This document shows, in pieces, positions 61,290-64,000 of a stretch of DNA of 64,000 bases (its first letter is position 1; every line of letters starts with the position of its first letter). The translations under genes and the position numbers were made by a program. The DNA is taken from the NCBI GenBank assembly GCA_028534125.1, contig CM052824.1, positions 39,432,001-39,496,000 on the forward strand, in the 5' to 3' direction. The notes beneath the pieces were generated by a model. That model made no database searches, was not told the origin of the DNA, and worked only from the letters and a program-made list of their open reading frames with translations. The DNA comes from Lama glama. Its lineage: Eukaryota.

Positions 61290-63460
61290 AAAAGCAATAA
61301 AGGGAGACAGTATTCTACCAGATATTAAAATGTATTACAAAGCTATACTAATGAAAAGAGTGGTACTATCATATGTATTGACAGATTGGTGGAACAGAAT
61401 TTTAGGTAGTCCCGAAACAGACCGTTTTATGTATAAAAATGTAGTATTGGGGTTAAGGAGGGTATAGCTCAGTGGTAGAGTGCATGCCTAGTATGCACAA
61501 GGTCCTGGGCTCCATCCCCATCCATCCCCAGTACGTATTGNNNNNNNNNNNNNNNNNNNNNNNNNNNNNNNNNNNNNNNNNNNNNNNNNNNNNNNNNNNN
61601 NNNNNNNNNNNNNNNNNNNNNNNNNNNNNNNNNNNNNNNNNNNNNNNNNNNNNNNNNNNNNNNNNNNNNNNNNNNNNNNNNNNNNNNNNNNNNNNNNNNN
61701 NNNNNNNNNNNNNNNNNNNNNNNNNNNNNNNNNNNNNNNNNNNNNNNNNNNNNNNNNNNTGACATCACAAATTAGGTGTAGCAAGGTTTATTCAATAAGT
61801 ATTGATGGAATCATTAGTTATTAGAGGAAAAAATTTAGTACCTCACCTTACATTATATGCTAAAATTAATTTATTTGTTCATGCTTTATTTTATTCAACA
61901 CTCATTCATTTGTCTCACTATTTTCAAGACAGGTGAAATGATTAAACATCAAAGATGAAAAATATCTTACAAAGGGGGAACAACATAAGCATAAAAATAT
62001 TATGAAGAAAAAAATTGATAAATTTGACTTATATGAAAATTAAAAAGGACAAAATAACACTGTGAGAAATTTTCTAAATAACAAATATGCCAGATAAAGA
62101 GTTGAAATCTTCTCTCTATAAAGAAGTTACACAAATTGATCAGAAAGCACCAAAACCTGAGCAAAAATGTGCAAAACAATTCACAGAAGAAACATAAGTG
62201 CTAAAGAGGTATATGTTAAAATGTTTAGCCTCACTAGTAATCAAGCCTTATGCATTGAAAGGTGATACGAAATTTTTCCTGATTTATAATTATTAAACAA
62301 GGGGATTAAAGTTTTTAATAATGCTAGCATGGGTGCTTTGAAATGGGCACTTTCAGTGCTGTTGAACATGTAAGCCATTTTTTCTGGAGAGAAGTTTGTT
62401 TCATATCAAAATCAATCTGGAACAATGAATATATCCATCCCCTTTCTTCTTAAGAGCTTTGGTAAATGCTGTTCCCTCTGCCCAGGATGCTTTTCCCCAT
62501 CTCTTCTCTGGAGCATTCCTTCTTACCTTTCAGGTGCTGGAGCTCACCTCTTCCGGGAGCCTTCCCTGCCTGCAGTCTAGATCAGATCTTCTTTTTATAG
62601 CCTTATCTATCACCCAGCAGGAGCCACCTAGGGTGGAGGTTGGGGGAGGGAAGACAGCTGAGGGTCTCTCCATTCAGTATATAAACCTCCACTGTTACTG
62701 GATGTTCATTCCCCCATGTTCTTTATGGTGCTGCCACCTTCTCCTCTGCACAATGTGTCCCCATCCTTGTCTGTTTTTTCCTCTACAGAAAATAAGCTTC
62801 CATCTCTCCACAGGGCGGGGGAGGGGTGGTCACCTAGCTGCTCAGAATGGAGGAGGGGACCCATGAGCCCACTGTCAGTCGGCTGTCATGTTTTCAGCTC
62901 CACCTTCTCTCCCACCCTCAGAGGAAGTTGGTGCCTTCACTTCTTGTAATTTGCTTTTGCTTTCCTGCATTTCTGAATCATCCTCAATAAATTACTTTCA
63001 CAATCAGAAAAAGCCCCTAACTTTTTCTAAATTTAAAATTTTATATCTTTTGATCCAGTAATTTCACTTCTTGAAATGTCTTTCTTTTAAGGGAATAGGC
63101 AATTTGGAAAACATTTATGTACAGGCAATCACATCACAGTACAAATTAAAATAGAGGATAATTATTTGCAAACATTATCAGGGTCATGGTTAAGGAGATA
63201 ATGATGAGGTCGTGTGATAAAGCCATTAAGTGGTGTTTCCAAAGATACTTGACAACATGGACAGAAGGCTTATAATTTAATGTAAAATTAAAAAAAGCAG
63301 AATATGAAATTTTAGGTATACTTTTACTCAGATGTTATTTAAAAATATGCATTGAAGAGTCTGGAAGGACTTACTTCTGAATATTAACAATTAATATCCC
63401 TGGAGGGTGGGATCTCATTGTCTACAATGGTCATGCATTACCTTTATAATCCAAAAAAAA
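61290..63460 (+). mobile_element. Ancient L1M ORF2/3' fragments (interrupted)
   Basis: ctaccagatattaaaatgtattacaaagcta (LPDIKMYYKA), tcactagtaatcaa and tttgatccagtaatttcacttct are degenerate sense L1 ORF2. Confidence 0.7.
61457..61535 (+). mobile_element. tRNA-Ala-derived SINE head, adjacent to an N gap
   Basis: GGAGGGTATAGCTCAGTGGTAGAGTGCATGCCTAGTATGCACAAGGTCCTGGG; B-box region altered by a TCCATCCCCA x2 duplication. Confidence 0.85.
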
Positions 63461-63467
63461 ATTTTTA

Positions 63468-63578
63468 GGTGGAGTGGGAATAGCTCAGTGGTAGAGCCTG
63501 TGCTTAGCGTGTGCGAGGTCCTGGGTTCAATCCCCAGTGCCTCCATTAAAAAAACAAACAAACAAAAAACTAGAGATT
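63468..63578 (+). mobile_element. tRNA-Ala-derived SINE (Vic-1-like, short form)
   Basis: TAGCTCAGTGGTAGAG...GGTTCAATCCCCAGTGCCTCC plus (AAAC)n tail; flanking aaaaaaaattttt repeat. Confidence 0.88.
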
Positions 63579-63617
63579 AAAAAAAATTTTTTTTAATATA
63601 TGGAAAAAAAAGAAAAT

Positions 63618-63960
63618 AGAAAAGTTAATGTAATCCTAGGTTGCTTTAATAGAGGTAGAAGCTTTGAGACAAGAGAGGTGATAATCTGGATTCTGACTCC
63701 CTGGAGTATCCTTCTAGCACCCAGGGGAGTGTGGCACAGGTTAGGAGGAGAGTAGACAAACTGCAGGTTGCTGGAGGCTTCTGGAAACCAGTCAGCGGGA
63801 GGCACAGGAGAAGAGTGGCTCAGGACTGGCCTGGGGGCTGTCTGTGTGGCTACAGTGCTCTGTGGGAAGGGCAGAACTGTGGAGCCTCGTGTGGTCTGAG
63901 CCAGGGCTGATGGGAGAAGCTCTAAGGCAGAAAAAGAAGTTCCGACAATCCTGCAATGAA
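63618..63960 (+). mobile_element. L3/CR1 LINE fragment (3' part)
   Basis: aatgtaatcctaggttgctttaatagagg...gaggtgataatc...ctggagta...gacaaactg resembles CR1 (ANxILGCI, EVIxPLY, LEYC region). Confidence 0.65.
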
Positions 63961-64000
63961 TACCTTTTCCTGCAAATGCCAGTGGTCTTGCTGAGGTTAG

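Noticed and set aside
1-64000. CRISPR arrays, operons, prophage or defence systems
   Set aside because: Spliced mammalian locus; no repeat-spacer arrays or dense prokaryotic ORFs.

Overview
Mammalian genomic DNA, not prokaryotic; no CRISPR, rRNA or true tRNA genes are seen. Six copies of a tRNA-Ala-derived SINE resembling camelid Vic-1 suggest a camel, alpaca or llama. The + strand carries the 3' half of DLGAP3 (SAPAP3): six coding exons with canonical AG/GT boundaries and matching phases at 9643-27029, a terminal coding exon inferred to lie in an N gap, and a 3' UTR with AATAAA at 28602. The complete two-exon SMIM12 gene follows (CpG-island promoter near 32.9 kb, 92-aa CDS at 37018-37296). 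The rest is intron or intergenic DNA rich in L1, L2, L3/CR1, MIR, MaLR LTR and hAT relics, with 8 N gaps. By human/mouse synteny (from memory) the right end runs toward GJA4. The most interesting candidates are an ETS/SOX/MEF2/FOX/GATA motif cluster at 48.3-49.0 kb (possible arterial enhancer), an out-of-frame AUG 5 nt before the SMIM12 start that opens a 63-codon overlapping ORF, divergent CTCF motifs between DLGAP3 and SMIM12, a possible Gypsy/PEG10-like protease relic, and a 3'-truncated L1 with a target-site duplication. None is demonstrated as a new system. Repeat family names and boundaries are by-eye recognition and approximate.
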